Shown here piece after piece: positions 27,159 to 36,686 of a stretch of 64,000 bases of DNA (position 1 is the first letter of the stretch; the number at the start of each line of letters is the position of its first letter). The stretch is taken from the sequence record NC_022096.1. The stretch is one strand, 5' to 3'. The notes beneath the pieces are model-generated. The model did no database searches. It saw only the letters and a program-made list of their open reading frames with translations, and had not been told where the DNA came from. The translations under genes were made by a program, and so were the position numbers.

Positions 27159-29058
27159 GCTCCTTCCAAAGCCGATTAAAACCCTGCGCGACGGGTATGT
27201 CGTATTGTTCAACGGCAAAATGATCGCGGACAGCGAACTGTACACTGAGTCCGGACAAAAACTCAGCGATGCCAACTATCCGATGCCGAAGCTGACTACC
27301 ACAGGAACTGTCGTCATTAGCGAGCTGTCCTACAAGGAACCTTCCGGAGATTCTCGCAATTCGTATGTGCAGACCACGTTCGTTGCAGACAACGGGCGTG
27401 TGGCCGAAGCCTGTAAACAACTTAACGACACGGGTACGAACTGGCGCGAGTTTCTGAGCGGCGAGGATCGCCACTGTTTCTATGTCTTCGGCATGGACAG
27501 TCCATTTCCTGCTGTATACACTGATACCAAAGGCAGCCAAGCTGGACGTATTAACGCACGCCACCAATCTTGTGCCCTCGATGTAACGGCCGAGACAACT
27601 TCGCGCGTGCTTGAGCCAAATCAGGTCATCAACTACGGAACCTCGACCAGTGCGCAATCTCCAAGTACCCCAGGTGCGTCCTACCTTGGTATGAGTCGCA
27701 TCTTAGATGAATCCGACACTCGGTACCTGAGTCTAGTGGTGCAATTGAACGGTACTATGTCGGCATACGGTTCCTCGACATATTGCCCGACGTTGCAGAC
27801 AGTACGCAAGGATTACTCCGTGCGCGACGCTGGGTATAACGCGACTACGGCTCCGTGTATTCCACTGTGGCACGATACTACGGACAAAGTGTTCTTTGCT
27901 TGGGAATTGTCGAATAGCCCGACAGCGTACGGGTTGGCAGGTGCAATTATTCGACCAATCGCTCTCCACTATAGTTCCGACATGGTGGCGACTCGCGTAC
28001 AAGCTGGCTACACCGTGACATTGGACAGCTTCGTTAGCTCAACCATATCTGGATTCACCTCCAACAAGCCGTGGCGCACGCTACCAATCATTCGCGCTCT
28101 CAAGAAGGCCGATGGTCTCCTGACCGCGTTCATTCCGAATGTTCAGGGTATTGCTGGAACTGTTCAGACAAACCTCGTGGGCAGTGTTTCTCTGGACCGT
28201 GTCGAGTATAACTACGTCACGAAGACCTTTGGTTCCCGTATCCAGATGAACGTCGTTGATCCAGATACTGGCTTGACGCCCACCTGGGGCGAGAACATGG
28301 TTGTCGTCCGCGACTCCAACTGGGCGAACGCGAAGATGAACACTGGGGATAACTACCCTGCGCACTTCCAGTTCTCCTTCATGCACGAGGTAGATAACGA
28401 GACCTACGTCGTCATCCTTGTGACGGGCAACGGCATTCCCAGCCGCAACCGCAACAACAACAATTTCCAGTATCCGACGAATACCGTGCAGTACACGTTG
28501 CGCTTGGATAAGGCAGACAAGACGAAAGCCTATCTGGTTGCCCGTGAAAATCTGGATGGCTTCTTTGGCACGCAGCGTTCGCTCTACTCGTTCGCGGGTA
28601 CTCAAGATCACAGCAGCCTGTATTGCATTTGCGACAATGACGTGGTGCGCCTCGTGTTCGATCAGACGCAATTGAAGTACGTCCTGTCCGACACTGTGAT
28701 CGACGTGGATGCTGTTAGCCTGCTGGTCAAGGACAACGGCGACGTGTGGTTGATGGATCAGATGCAGCGCGTGTACCAGATGCGCCAAAGCAACGCTGAT
28801 CTGGTGCGCCTGCGCTTCGGCCAGGTGAATGACCGCTTCGTCGAGGCTCCGTATGACGTCCAGCTATTCGTCAGTGCGGCTAATTTCATGGGAGAGCTTG
28901 GTGCTAAACCCATTGAGCTGGTAATCGACGGACCTGCCGTGTTCAAAGCGAACAACGGCAAGAAACTCAACATCACCACGTCCGCAGCAGATGAGCTGGC
29001 TTTGCTCATCACTGTCACCGGATACGGTGAGATTTACGTGACACCCAGAGGATTGTGA
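27151..29058 (+). CDS. Putative receptor-binding/tail protein, divergent paralogue 4 of 4
   Basis: GAGG SD before ATG 27151; similar length, N-terminal G..y/f..G...d.l pattern and C-terminal Ig-like strands. Confidence 0.6.
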   Translation: MRKLLPKPIKTLRDGYVVLFNGKMIADSELYTESGQKLSDANYPMPKLTTTGTVVISELSYKEPSGDSRNSYVQTTFVADNGRVAEACKQLNDTGTNWREFLSGEDRHCFYVFGMDSPFPAVYTDTKGSQAGRINARHQSCALDVTAETTSRVLEPNQVINYGTSTSAQSPSTPGASYLGMSRILDESDTRYLSLVVQLNGTMSAYGSSTYCPTLQTVRKDYSVRDAGYNATTAPCIPLWHDTTDKVFFAWELSNSPTAYGLAGAIIRPIALHYSSDMVATRVQAGYTVTLDSFVSSTISGFTSNKPWRTLPIIRALKKADGLLTAFIPNVQGIAGTVQTNLVGSVSLDRVEYNYVTKTFGSRIQMNVVDPDTGLTPTWGENMVVVRDSNWANAKMNTGDNYPAHFQFSFMHEVDNETYVVILVTGNGIPSRNRNNNNFQYPTNTVQYTLRLDKADKTKAYLVARENLDGFFGTQRSLYSFAGTQDHSSLYCICDNDVVRLVFDQTQLKYVLSDTVIDVDAVSLLVKDNGDVWLMDQMQRVYQMRQSNADLVRLRFGQVNDRFVEAPYDVQLFVSAANFMGELGAKPIELVIDGPAVFKANNGKKLNITTSAADELALLITVTGYGEIYVTPRGL

Positions 29059-29064
29059 TTCAAA

Positions 29065-29082
29065 GGGCACAAGGACGTGCCT
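29065..29082 (+). promoter_or_regulatory. GGA-hexaloop hairpin matching the RsmA/RsmE (CsrA) binding consensus, copy 1
   Basis: GGGCAC-AAGGAC-GTGCCT; core ACAAGGACGT fits (A/U)CANGGANG(U/A); intergenic. Confidence 0.6.
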
Positions 29083-29099
29083 ACAACTGAGACCCAACC

Positions 29100-29771
29100 A
29101 TGTTCAAAATACCAAGCATTTCGCCTTGGCCAGGTGACCGACCGGTAGAAAGCGAGTACACGATTCTCAACGCGCAGGAGGGCGTCAACGGCATCTACCG
29201 AGTCTCAGGACCTGACGGTGAGGAGTTTGATGCCTACTGCGACATGACAACCGACGGCGGCCATTGGATTCTCATTGCCAGATGGGCCGCGTCTCCGAAC
29301 AAGACGATTACATGGGGACAGGTTATCGTCAAAGACGCCTCACTGAACACTACGACCAATAGCGCTACTCTGTACCCTGTGATCCCCACAGGTGTCCGCA
29401 ACGTGGCCAAGGAAGTGTTGTTCAAAAGTGCGGCTTCTGGCTGGGTTAGCCGATACGGCCAGTGGTTGAAATTCACCACTACGGATGATCCTGCCCTTGT
29501 CATCACTTCGACTGGCATTGATGCAATGCGTGGTAGTGATCGTGCGATTGTGAAGATGCACGGTGAGAGTGCAGGCTGGGGAGGGAACACGTCGATGACC
29601 AACAACTTCTCGCTCTGGACACAATGGGGTAACGGCGGCCCATGTGGTGGTGCCGGCGTCTGCGGTTCTCAGAAGATTTGCCCAGTAATTAGAGCCAACT
29701 ACAACTACAGTTGCCATTTCGATTTCTCCTCCGTGAAGCAACTGTTTATCAGAAGTCGTATTCCTGAATAA
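29100..29771 (+). CDS. Fibrinogen C-terminal-like (FReD/intelectin-like) lectin domain virion protein
   Basis: NGIYRVSGPDGEEFDAYCDMTTDGGHWILIAR is the G.Y.i......vYCDM.tdGGgWtlv signature; Cys-rich C-terminus. Confidence 0.8.
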   Translation: MFKIPSISPWPGDRPVESEYTILNAQEGVNGIYRVSGPDGEEFDAYCDMTTDGGHWILIARWAASPNKTITWGQVIVKDASLNTTTNSATLYPVIPTGVRNVAKEVLFKSAASGWVSRYGQWLKFTTTDDPALVITSTGIDAMRGSDRAIVKMHGESAGWGGNTSMTNNFSLWTQWGNGGPCGGAGVCGSQKICPVIRANYNYSCHFDFSSVKQLFIRSRIPE

Positions 29772-29781
29772 AGAGGCAATC

Positions 29782-32700
29782 ATGCTTAGCCTGATTCCAA
29801 GACTAGCTCCATGGCCGCTAGTACGCGGAGACCTACGGAGTTATCCGACCCTACTAAGCAAGACTGCGTTTTCCGCAGTGCCGACAACTGGCCTGTCTGG
29901 CAGCATAGTCCAGCTAAGTCACTTGACGTACAAGCCCGAGACTGGCAAGCTATTCGTTCCACTGCTGCACAGTGATCGGACTGGACGGCTGGCTGTTTAT
30001 GACGTAGCCGGGAACTCGCTCACGCAAGCAGTGTCTTTTGCCGCAATGGGAGGCACAGGAGTGCTTCGTCCAGGCGCCCACCACACACTGAGCAGAACTG
30101 CCAGCGGGGCAGCATCCGGTAAAGTACCTGCAGTGGTCACATGGGGCACAACATCGACACCCTCTGGTATCGGTGTAGGTCTTTTCAACGAGACAGCCTC
30201 CGCCATCGAAGGGTTTACGACGTCCGCCGCGAGCATCGTCAGCAACCAGTCAAACTTGAACTTGCAAGCGTCAATCATCATGAATGCCGCTGGTGACGTA
30301 GGGCTTGTGCAGTACATCGACGGACCAGACAGCACTCGCTATCTGAAATACAGGAAGGTCGTATACGATCAAGCCCAGGGCAAGCTAGTCGTCGGCACTG
30401 GCGCCCAAGAATTTGTAGGTCAGCAGCAGCCTGCAGTCGCCCGATACTACAAGGATTCCTTGTTTGTTGTGTGCGGGCTTGCCAGCTCAGGCAAAGCATT
30501 TGCGCAACTGCTCGATGTGTCTGGTGATGCTCCAGTACTGGTAGACTCCGCACCTGCGCTTAAGGCGAGTTCTCTAGCCTGGGGAAAAGCATCTATCGAT
30601 GTCGTTGGGGACAATTTGGTCATCACGTATCTGGATGCAACTGGTGACCTTAACGCGGAGCTGTTCGCACTCTCCTCAACTTCCATTACGCGCAAGTCCA
30701 CACAACCGCTGGGAGGCTTCACGACCTCCTCAGGTGTGCGCGATAGTATCGTTCTAGGTGACACTGTATTCGCTCTGATCGTAACTGGCAACTCAGTAGA
30801 CGTGGCGAAAACAACGATCGGTGCGCAAGGCGTAACGCGCTTCACCGTTGACCGTAACGTCATGACGTTGGATGCCACGTATACGCAGGCGTACATGGCA
30901 AAGATCAGCGACACTCGATTGCTGTTCGTCAAAGCTGGCACCACCGGGGCGATGCAATACCAGTTTGTCGATTACGTGTGGCGTGTCGATCTGACTCCGT
31001 CCAAGGTGCTGGCCCAGTATCGGTTCTACGACGGTGAAGCCATCAACGAAGTCGGCGAACGCTTCGCTCTGCTGGGCTCTGGCGCTACAGTCGGCAATGG
31101 CCGCCTAAACACCACAACCAACACGACTTCGCGCATCGAGCAAGACCAGGTCTATTTCGGGCCTGACGATGATCTGACGATAGAGGCGATTGTAAAAGCA
31201 ACGTCTTCCGGCAGTAACGGGTACTCTCCGATCTGCCAGTGGAACGTAGGCGGCTCCAACAATAACTCCTGGGCCATGTCTGTCGTTAGCGGGCTCCTTC
31301 GCTTCTCGTGGTCTTCCAGTGGGTCTGCATCATCAACATACCTAACGTCAAACACGCCCGTCCCAACTGGCATCGAAACACACGTCGCGGTTGTTCGGAA
31401 AAACGGCGTGTTCCGACTGTACGTGGCTGGGCAGCAGCAAAACGAAACTTCGGTCGACGCTACCGCTAACGCATTGAACACCAGACCAGTGTCCACGAGC
31501 TGGTCAGACACGACCGGTTGGTTGAACGGGTCACGAGGCAACATTCGGATCAGCCGCGAAGCGCTGTATGACGGAGATTTCCAACCTCCGACAGAACTGC
31601 CGACGATCACTCGTCCGACATACAGCGAACAAGATCAGGCTGCGTGTGTTTTCCAATTGGATTTGCGCCGCGACAATCTGTTGGACGAGGTTACGGACAA
31701 CCAAGTCACGTTCGTCAACGGTACCGCCCTGACGAATGGACGCATCGTCACGGTAAACAATACGACTTCGCAGTACACCTGCCAGAGCAAGAAGTTCGGT
31801 GAGGGTGATTTCACGGCTGAGCTGATGATCAACCTGCAAGCTGTCAGCGCAACGTACGGTGCTGTGATCATGGGCAACTGGCGTGCAGGCGGTGTAGCCA
31901 GTGACGAGAACCGTTGGTGCATCATCCTGGACAGTAATCGCAACATTGGCTTCAACATGGCCAGATCGGCCGACGCCAACGACTTCGCTTGGATGATGTC
32001 CTCGACGCCTGTTCCATTGAACGTGGACTGCCACATTGTAGCGGAGCGCGTAAATGGAGTCGTGACTCTCTACCTGAACGGCAGCCAGGTGGCGCAATCC
32101 AACGAGACTGATTTCAACTTCCCAATCCGCGGAGGTGAAGCCGGTTGGAAGGTGCACAGTATCAGTTCTCAGGTTGCGTACACCGTGGGAATGCGCTGCT
32201 GGAATCTGCGCATCATGGACAAAGCCTACTACAATGGCGATGTCAAGCGCGAGAATGAATTCCCAGCGCTGTCTGTGAAAGAGTACGTCATAGTCAACGG
32301 CGCCTATCTGCACCCGGACTTCTCCCTGCAGGGTGGCGCTACTCAAACGGAAGTTGGCGTTGATATGACCGCTGGCAAATACATCTTGGGTACAGGATCG
32401 CCCAAGTATGTGTTCTACCGAGGCGATTTCACAGTCGAAGCAACGGTCACACCACGTAGCTTGGTCTACGGTACTGGTGCAGGTTCCGGTTCTGCTATAG
32501 TCCCTCTGTGGGCGTGCCATACCTGGGCTGCTCCTGGGCAGCCAGTGAACTGGGAACTATTCTTGAACTTAGGAACGAACCAGATTGCGTTCGGCACTTC
32601 CCATTCTGACTCTACGCTCAGTCGAACAATGCCTTACACATTCACTCTTGGCCAGCGCATAAACTTCAAGGTGGTGCGCCGCCGCAGTCAGATGTATGCC

Positions 32701-32871
32701 TTTGTGGACGACACGCTCGTAGGTGTGACCGACATGCCCTACAACATCGGATATGACATAACACAGCCTCCGTTCATCGGACGCCGACGTGGTGGCGGTA
32801 GTGGTGAAGTGAATTGGTGGAACGACGTTCTTCTGGAGAAATTCATTATCACCAAGCGCGCCAAGATGTGA
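29782..32871 (+). CDS. Tail fibre/adhesin: propeller-like N-half plus LamG/concanavalin-A-like domains
   Basis: LamG signatures LTIEAIV...THVAVVRKNGVFRLYVAG, FTAELMI...HIVAERVNGVVTLYLNG, FTVEATV...KVVRRRSQMYAFVDD. Confidence 0.82.
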   Translation: MLSLIPRLAPWPLVRGDLRSYPTLLSKTAFSAVPTTGLSGSIVQLSHLTYKPETGKLFVPLLHSDRTGRLAVYDVAGNSLTQAVSFAAMGGTGVLRPGAHHTLSRTASGAASGKVPAVVTWGTTSTPSGIGVGLFNETASAIEGFTTSAASIVSNQSNLNLQASIIMNAAGDVGLVQYIDGPDSTRYLKYRKVVYDQAQGKLVVGTGAQEFVGQQQPAVARYYKDSLFVVCGLASSGKAFAQLLDVSGDAPVLVDSAPALKASSLAWGKASIDVVGDNLVITYLDATGDLNAELFALSSTSITRKSTQPLGGFTTSSGVRDSIVLGDTVFALIVTGNSVDVAKTTIGAQGVTRFTVDRNVMTLDATYTQAYMAKISDTRLLFVKAGTTGAMQYQFVDYVWRVDLTPSKVLAQYRFYDGEAINEVGERFALLGSGATVGNGRLNTTTNTTSRIEQDQVYFGPDDDLTIEAIVKATSSGSNGYSPICQWNVGGSNNNSWAMSVVSGLLRFSWSSSGSASSTYLTSNTPVPTGIETHVAVVRKNGVFRLYVAGQQQNETSVDATANALNTRPVSTSWSDTTGWLNGSRGNIRISREALYDGDFQPPTELPTITRPTYSEQDQAACVFQLDLRRDNLLDEVTDNQVTFVNGTALTNGRIVTVNNTTSQYTCQSKKFGEGDFTAELMINLQAVSATYGAVIMGNWRAGGVASDENRWCIILDSNRNIGFNMARSADANDFAWMMSSTPVPLNVDCHIVAERVNGVVTLYLNGSQVAQSNETDFNFPIRGGEAGWKVHSISSQVAYTVGMRCWNLRIMDKAYYNGDVKRENEFPALSVKEYVIVNGAYLHPDFSLQGGATQTEVGVDMTAGKYILGTGSPKYVFYRGDFTVEATVTPRSLVYGTGAGSGSAIVPLWACHTWAAPGQPVNWELFLNLGTNQIAFGTSHSDSTLSRTMPYTFTLGQRINFKVVRRRSQMYAFVDDTLVGVTDMPYNIGYDITQPPFIGRRRGGGSGEVNWWNDVLLEKFIITKRAKM

Positions 32872-32878
32872 TCTATAC

Positions 32879-32894
32879 GGCACAGGGACGTGCC
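32879..32894 (+). promoter_or_regulatory. GGA-hexaloop hairpin matching the RsmA/RsmE consensus, copy 2
   Basis: GGCAC-AGGGAC-GTGCC; core ACAGGGACGT; intergenic. Confidence 0.6.
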
Positions 32895-32925
32895 ATTTCT
32901 ATGTATTCAATTACGGGAGCATCCT

Positions 32926-35900
32926 ATGCTGAGTCTGATTCCGAGACTAGCACCTTGGCCTTTGCCGAGGGCATCCTCAGAGGTAAGTGACCTTTGGGTG
33001 CAATATCGATTTCTTGGCACTGAAGCCATTGATGAAGTTACGGATGCTGTAGCCACGCTCTACGGAACCGCCACTTTGGCTGACGGTAAACTCGTGACTA
33101 ACCCAGCGAGTCCTGCCAACTACGCGGCCATGAACAACATCATCTTCGACGCCAACGAAGATTTCAACATAAGCCTGAACGTGAATATGCCGTTCAGCAA
33201 CAGCCGTCCATACAACACTATTCTTGGTGTGTACACTTCGACCGCAGGTCCACGTGCTTGGGCTCTGGGTCGCATCGGTAACGACACTAACCCGTCGAAG
33301 CTCCACTTCGCCATGGTCTCAGGAGGTGTCAAATACGACTTCTACGGTCCCGTGCTGAACGCCGACACTGATTACCACATCGAAGTGTCGCGCACTCAGA
33401 ACGTGCTGTACATCTTCGTAAACGGCAACTTGGAGCTGGCTACGCCTTTTGCCTTGGGCAACGATCAGGCTTCTTTGCCCAGGATGCGTACCGACGTTAT
33501 CCTCGCCGAGGGCCAGACGGCGACGCTCACGCACCACGGCGGCGGCTATAAGTGGGGCCTTCAGATTTTCAAAGGTAAGGGCGGTCATACGTCCAACTTT
33601 ACGCCCGAAGCACCTGTCGAATACTCGCGCCCGTACTACACGGCAGACGTAGCACAAGACATCAAGCTGCAACTTGGCATGCGCCGCGGTACTAAGGCGT
33701 GCGAAGCCTCTGGTGCCCAGTTAGCCTTGAACGGCACAGCGACCGTAGGTAAGAACGCTCGCTTATCTTTGACGAACGTAACGACCTCTTACGCGAGTAT
33801 CCCGGTTGCCGCATTTGGAGAAGCCGACTTTACCATTGAGTTCATGTGTAACCTGAGCGCTGTGCATTCGACATATGGTAACCATTTCGGGCACATGTTT
33901 AGCTCGGTGAGCGCCAGCGAGGATAACCGCTGGATCGTTTGGGTGTCGCCTTCGGGTCGTCTGGGCTTTTCGATGAGCTTATCCGCGAACGCGAATGACA
34001 CTGTAGGCACAGGTTCCGTAGAGGGTGCCTTCAAGTTCAACCGTGACAATCACATTGTTGTCCAGCGTAAGGATGGCGTCATCAAGCTCTACTTGAACAA
34101 ACAAGAAGTGGCACAAATGGCACAAGCTGCACCCATCAGGGGCGGCGCTGGTGTGTTCCGCACACAGTCGCTCAACGGTGCAACCTCGTGTGCCGGCCAG
34201 CTGTGGAACATTCGGATTGCTGACCGGGCACTCTACTCGGAACAGGTCAAGACCAAGCCAACATTCCCGCAGTTCACCAAAGAATACGACCCCACGCTGT
34301 TCATGCAGTACACGTTCAGCTACGACGAAGCGATCAACGAAGTTACGGAGACGTTCGCGGCTCTCTCCGGCAACGCGGCCGTATCAAATGGCAGGTTGTC
34401 CACTGGGTCTTCGGCGAGCGACAACATGTCTACGCCTGCCACGTTGATCGAACCGAACGAAGACTTCACGTTGGAGGTGATGTTCAACTGCACCACGCAT
34501 AACGTGAACATGCCGATTCTCGGTATCGTGGGTGGGAGTAACACAGGCGTATCCAAGAACGCATGGTACTTGCACTACGACGTTCCTGCTGCGGCATTTC
34601 GCTTCATGGTGTATGACGGTACTGGCGCCAGTGACATGGTGCAGTTCGCACGCCCCAACATCTTCAATACTGACACGCACATCGCAATAGCCCGTAAAGG
34701 CGGTGTGATGACGCTGTTCATCGCGGGTCAGCCAGTTGCCAGCACACCAAGCATCAAAGGTAACGTGCCGACTTCTGTGCAGATGGGCACCACGTTCTCC
34801 TCAACGTACATGAACGGGACGCGAACAAACTTCCGTCTGGTGCGCGGACGCGCGCTGTACGATTCCGCGTTCGAGCCTCCGGTAACGCTGCCTGTTGTAG
34901 GTCGTCCGACGTACACCCAGCAAGAAGCCGCTGCGACCAAAGCGCAGATCGATCTGCGCCGAGACAGTGCGCGAAACGATGCCAACGGACGCTCCGTTCA
35001 AGTTTATAGCTCGGCACGTCACGTTAGGGGCCGCATTCTTCATGCTGCCGCAACGTCGTCGTTCTACTACGCACCATGCGAGCCATTCGGAGCTGGTGAT
35101 TTCACCATAGAGCTGGACTTTAACCTGACATCGATCAACGGCACGTACGGAGGTGCACTGGCCGGACAGTGGGTGCGAGGCAACGTAGCCTCAGAAGATA
35201 ACTGCTGGCTGATCTATGTAGGACCAACCAGACTCATCCAGTTCGCCTGGGCCCGCAGTGCCGCAGCGAACGATTTCGACTTCATCGCGTCTGCGGCAGG
35301 CGTGTTTGATTTCAGCGCTGACTACCGTTTGGTTGTGGAGCGTATCGGGACCACGCTGACGATCTACCTGAACAATGTCCAGGTTGCACAGGGTACGTGC
35401 GCGATCCCGTTGAGAACAAACGCTCCCCATTACGTGCGCAGTAACAGCTCGGCAAACCTATATGCGTTCGGCGGTTCTGTGTGGAATCTGCGCATTTCGG
35501 ATCGTGCAGTGTACAACGGCAATGTAACGCGAGTCCCACTGTTCCCGAAAATGCCGAAAGCCGCCGAGTACACGGACCAGAGTCTGTTGAACGACATTGT
35601 TGTGCAGTGCGATATGAACGAAGGGAACGCACGCAACGCCAAGACAGGTGAAGTCATTACGTTCTCAGGTACGGGTGCGGCTATTCGTGAGCGCTTGGTG
35701 ACGACACTTGCCAACACTTCGCGCTGGTATATCCCGTGCGGTCCGTTCAGTGCTGGCGATTTCACAATCGAGTTCGATTTGAACCTGCTGAGTTCCACTG
35801 GGGCTTCGTCTCGTCCGATCTTCGGTCAGTTCAGAGGTGACGTAGGACCAAACTCGTGGGTTTTCTACACCACGTCATCTGGTAACTTGGCGTTCCAGTG

Positions 35901-36621
35901 TTTGGGTGTAGATGCGTCATCGCTGAGTATCGACTCTCTCAATGGGCCTATCGAGAAGCGCACGCTGACAGCAGGTAAAGAACATCACGTGGTTGTCGAG
36001 CGCAAGGCTGGCGTTGTGACCATGTACATCGATGGTGTTGTCATCGGCAGCGGAGCTTTCACTGCACAGCTTGTGGACATGTCGGCGTATCCGTACATCA
36101 CGAACCTGTACGATCTGTCCACGGCGAAGTATTGTGCCAGTGAGATTGGCAACGTGCGTATTGCCAAGCGTGCCCTGTACAATGGTGTGATCACCAAAGC
36201 AAGGCTGCCGCTCGTCCCGAACCAGAAGCCTTCGTTGACTGCGAACATCGGTTCGGCGATTGGTACTCTGTCTGGTGCGTGCCAGAACTTGTATTACGGT
36301 GGCGTGCAAAGCTCGTTGGGTGCATTCAGCCATACGCTGTTCCGTGACATCCGCGATCCGCAGAACGTCAAGACTGTTCGCCTTGTTGCGCTCGCTCTCG
36401 ACAGGACGTACACCGTGCTGGCGTGGCGAGAAGTGGATATGCCGCCGACCGCGGATATGCCGCAGTTCACCAACTCGTTGAAGATCGGGAACGCCGCACC
36501 TCTGCTGATCTCCAATTCGTCCGGCGCTAGTGTTGCAAATGGCGTCACGGGGCGGTATTGGTCTGGCAACCCGTTTGGTCCGTTGACACACGGAACTGCC
36601 ATTCCATTCGAGTTTGTGTAG
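32926..36621 (+). CDS. Tail fibre/adhesin with five tandem LamG-like domains and a C-terminal tip domain
   Basis: GGGAG SD before ATG 32926; five F(T/N)(I/L)E/S...H(I/V)...R.....ly.ng units; N-terminal MLSLIPRLAPWPL identical to 29782. Confidence 0.82.
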   Translation: MLSLIPRLAPWPLPRASSEVSDLWVQYRFLGTEAIDEVTDAVATLYGTATLADGKLVTNPASPANYAAMNNIIFDANEDFNISLNVNMPFSNSRPYNTILGVYTSTAGPRAWALGRIGNDTNPSKLHFAMVSGGVKYDFYGPVLNADTDYHIEVSRTQNVLYIFVNGNLELATPFALGNDQASLPRMRTDVILAEGQTATLTHHGGGYKWGLQIFKGKGGHTSNFTPEAPVEYSRPYYTADVAQDIKLQLGMRRGTKACEASGAQLALNGTATVGKNARLSLTNVTTSYASIPVAAFGEADFTIEFMCNLSAVHSTYGNHFGHMFSSVSASEDNRWIVWVSPSGRLGFSMSLSANANDTVGTGSVEGAFKFNRDNHIVVQRKDGVIKLYLNKQEVAQMAQAAPIRGGAGVFRTQSLNGATSCAGQLWNIRIADRALYSEQVKTKPTFPQFTKEYDPTLFMQYTFSYDEAINEVTETFAALSGNAAVSNGRLSTGSSASDNMSTPATLIEPNEDFTLEVMFNCTTHNVNMPILGIVGGSNTGVSKNAWYLHYDVPAAAFRFMVYDGTGASDMVQFARPNIFNTDTHIAIARKGGVMTLFIAGQPVASTPSIKGNVPTSVQMGTTFSSTYMNGTRTNFRLVRGRALYDSAFEPPVTLPVVGRPTYTQQEAAATKAQIDLRRDSARNDANGRSVQVYSSARHVRGRILHAAATSSFYYAPCEPFGAGDFTIELDFNLTSINGTYGGALAGQWVRGNVASEDNCWLIYVGPTRLIQFAWARSAAANDFDFIASAAGVFDFSADYRLVVERIGTTLTIYLNNVQVAQGTCAIPLRTNAPHYVRSNSSANLYAFGGSVWNLRISDRAVYNGNVTRVPLFPKMPKAAEYTDQSLLNDIVVQCDMNEGNARNAKTGEVITFSGTGAAIRERLVTTLANTSRWYIPCGPFSAGDFTIEFDLNLLSSTGASSRPIFGQFRGDVGPNSWVFYTTSSGNLAFQCLGVDASSLSIDSLNGPIEKRTLTAGKEHHVVVERKAGVVTMYIDGVVIGSGAFTAQLVDMSAYPYITNLYDLSTAKYCASEIGNVRIAKRALYNGVITKARLPLVPNQKPSLTANIGSAIGTLSGACQNLYYGGVQSSLGAFSHTLFRDIRDPQNVKTVRLVALALDRTYTVLAWREVDMPPTADMPQFTNSLKIGNAAPLLISNSSGASVANGVTGRYWSGNPFGPLTHGTAIPFEFV

Positions 36622-36625
36622 GACA

Positions 36626-36645
36626 ACAGCACAAGGACGTGCTGT
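36626..36645 (+). promoter_or_regulatory. GGA-hexaloop hairpin matching the RsmA/RsmE consensus, copy 3
   Basis: ACAGCAC-AAGGAC-GTGCTGT, 7-bp stem with compensatory changes relative to copies 1 and 2. Confidence 0.62.
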
Positions 36646-36686
36646 ACGGCAGCGTAATTTACACGCATCAAAGAGGAGAATCCACA

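Noticed and set aside
29100-36621. Diversity-generating retroelement or shufflon acting on the lectin fibres
   Set aside because: No reverse transcriptase, invertase, or near-identical TR/VR pair differing at adenines was seen in the window. The paralogous units are far too diverged.
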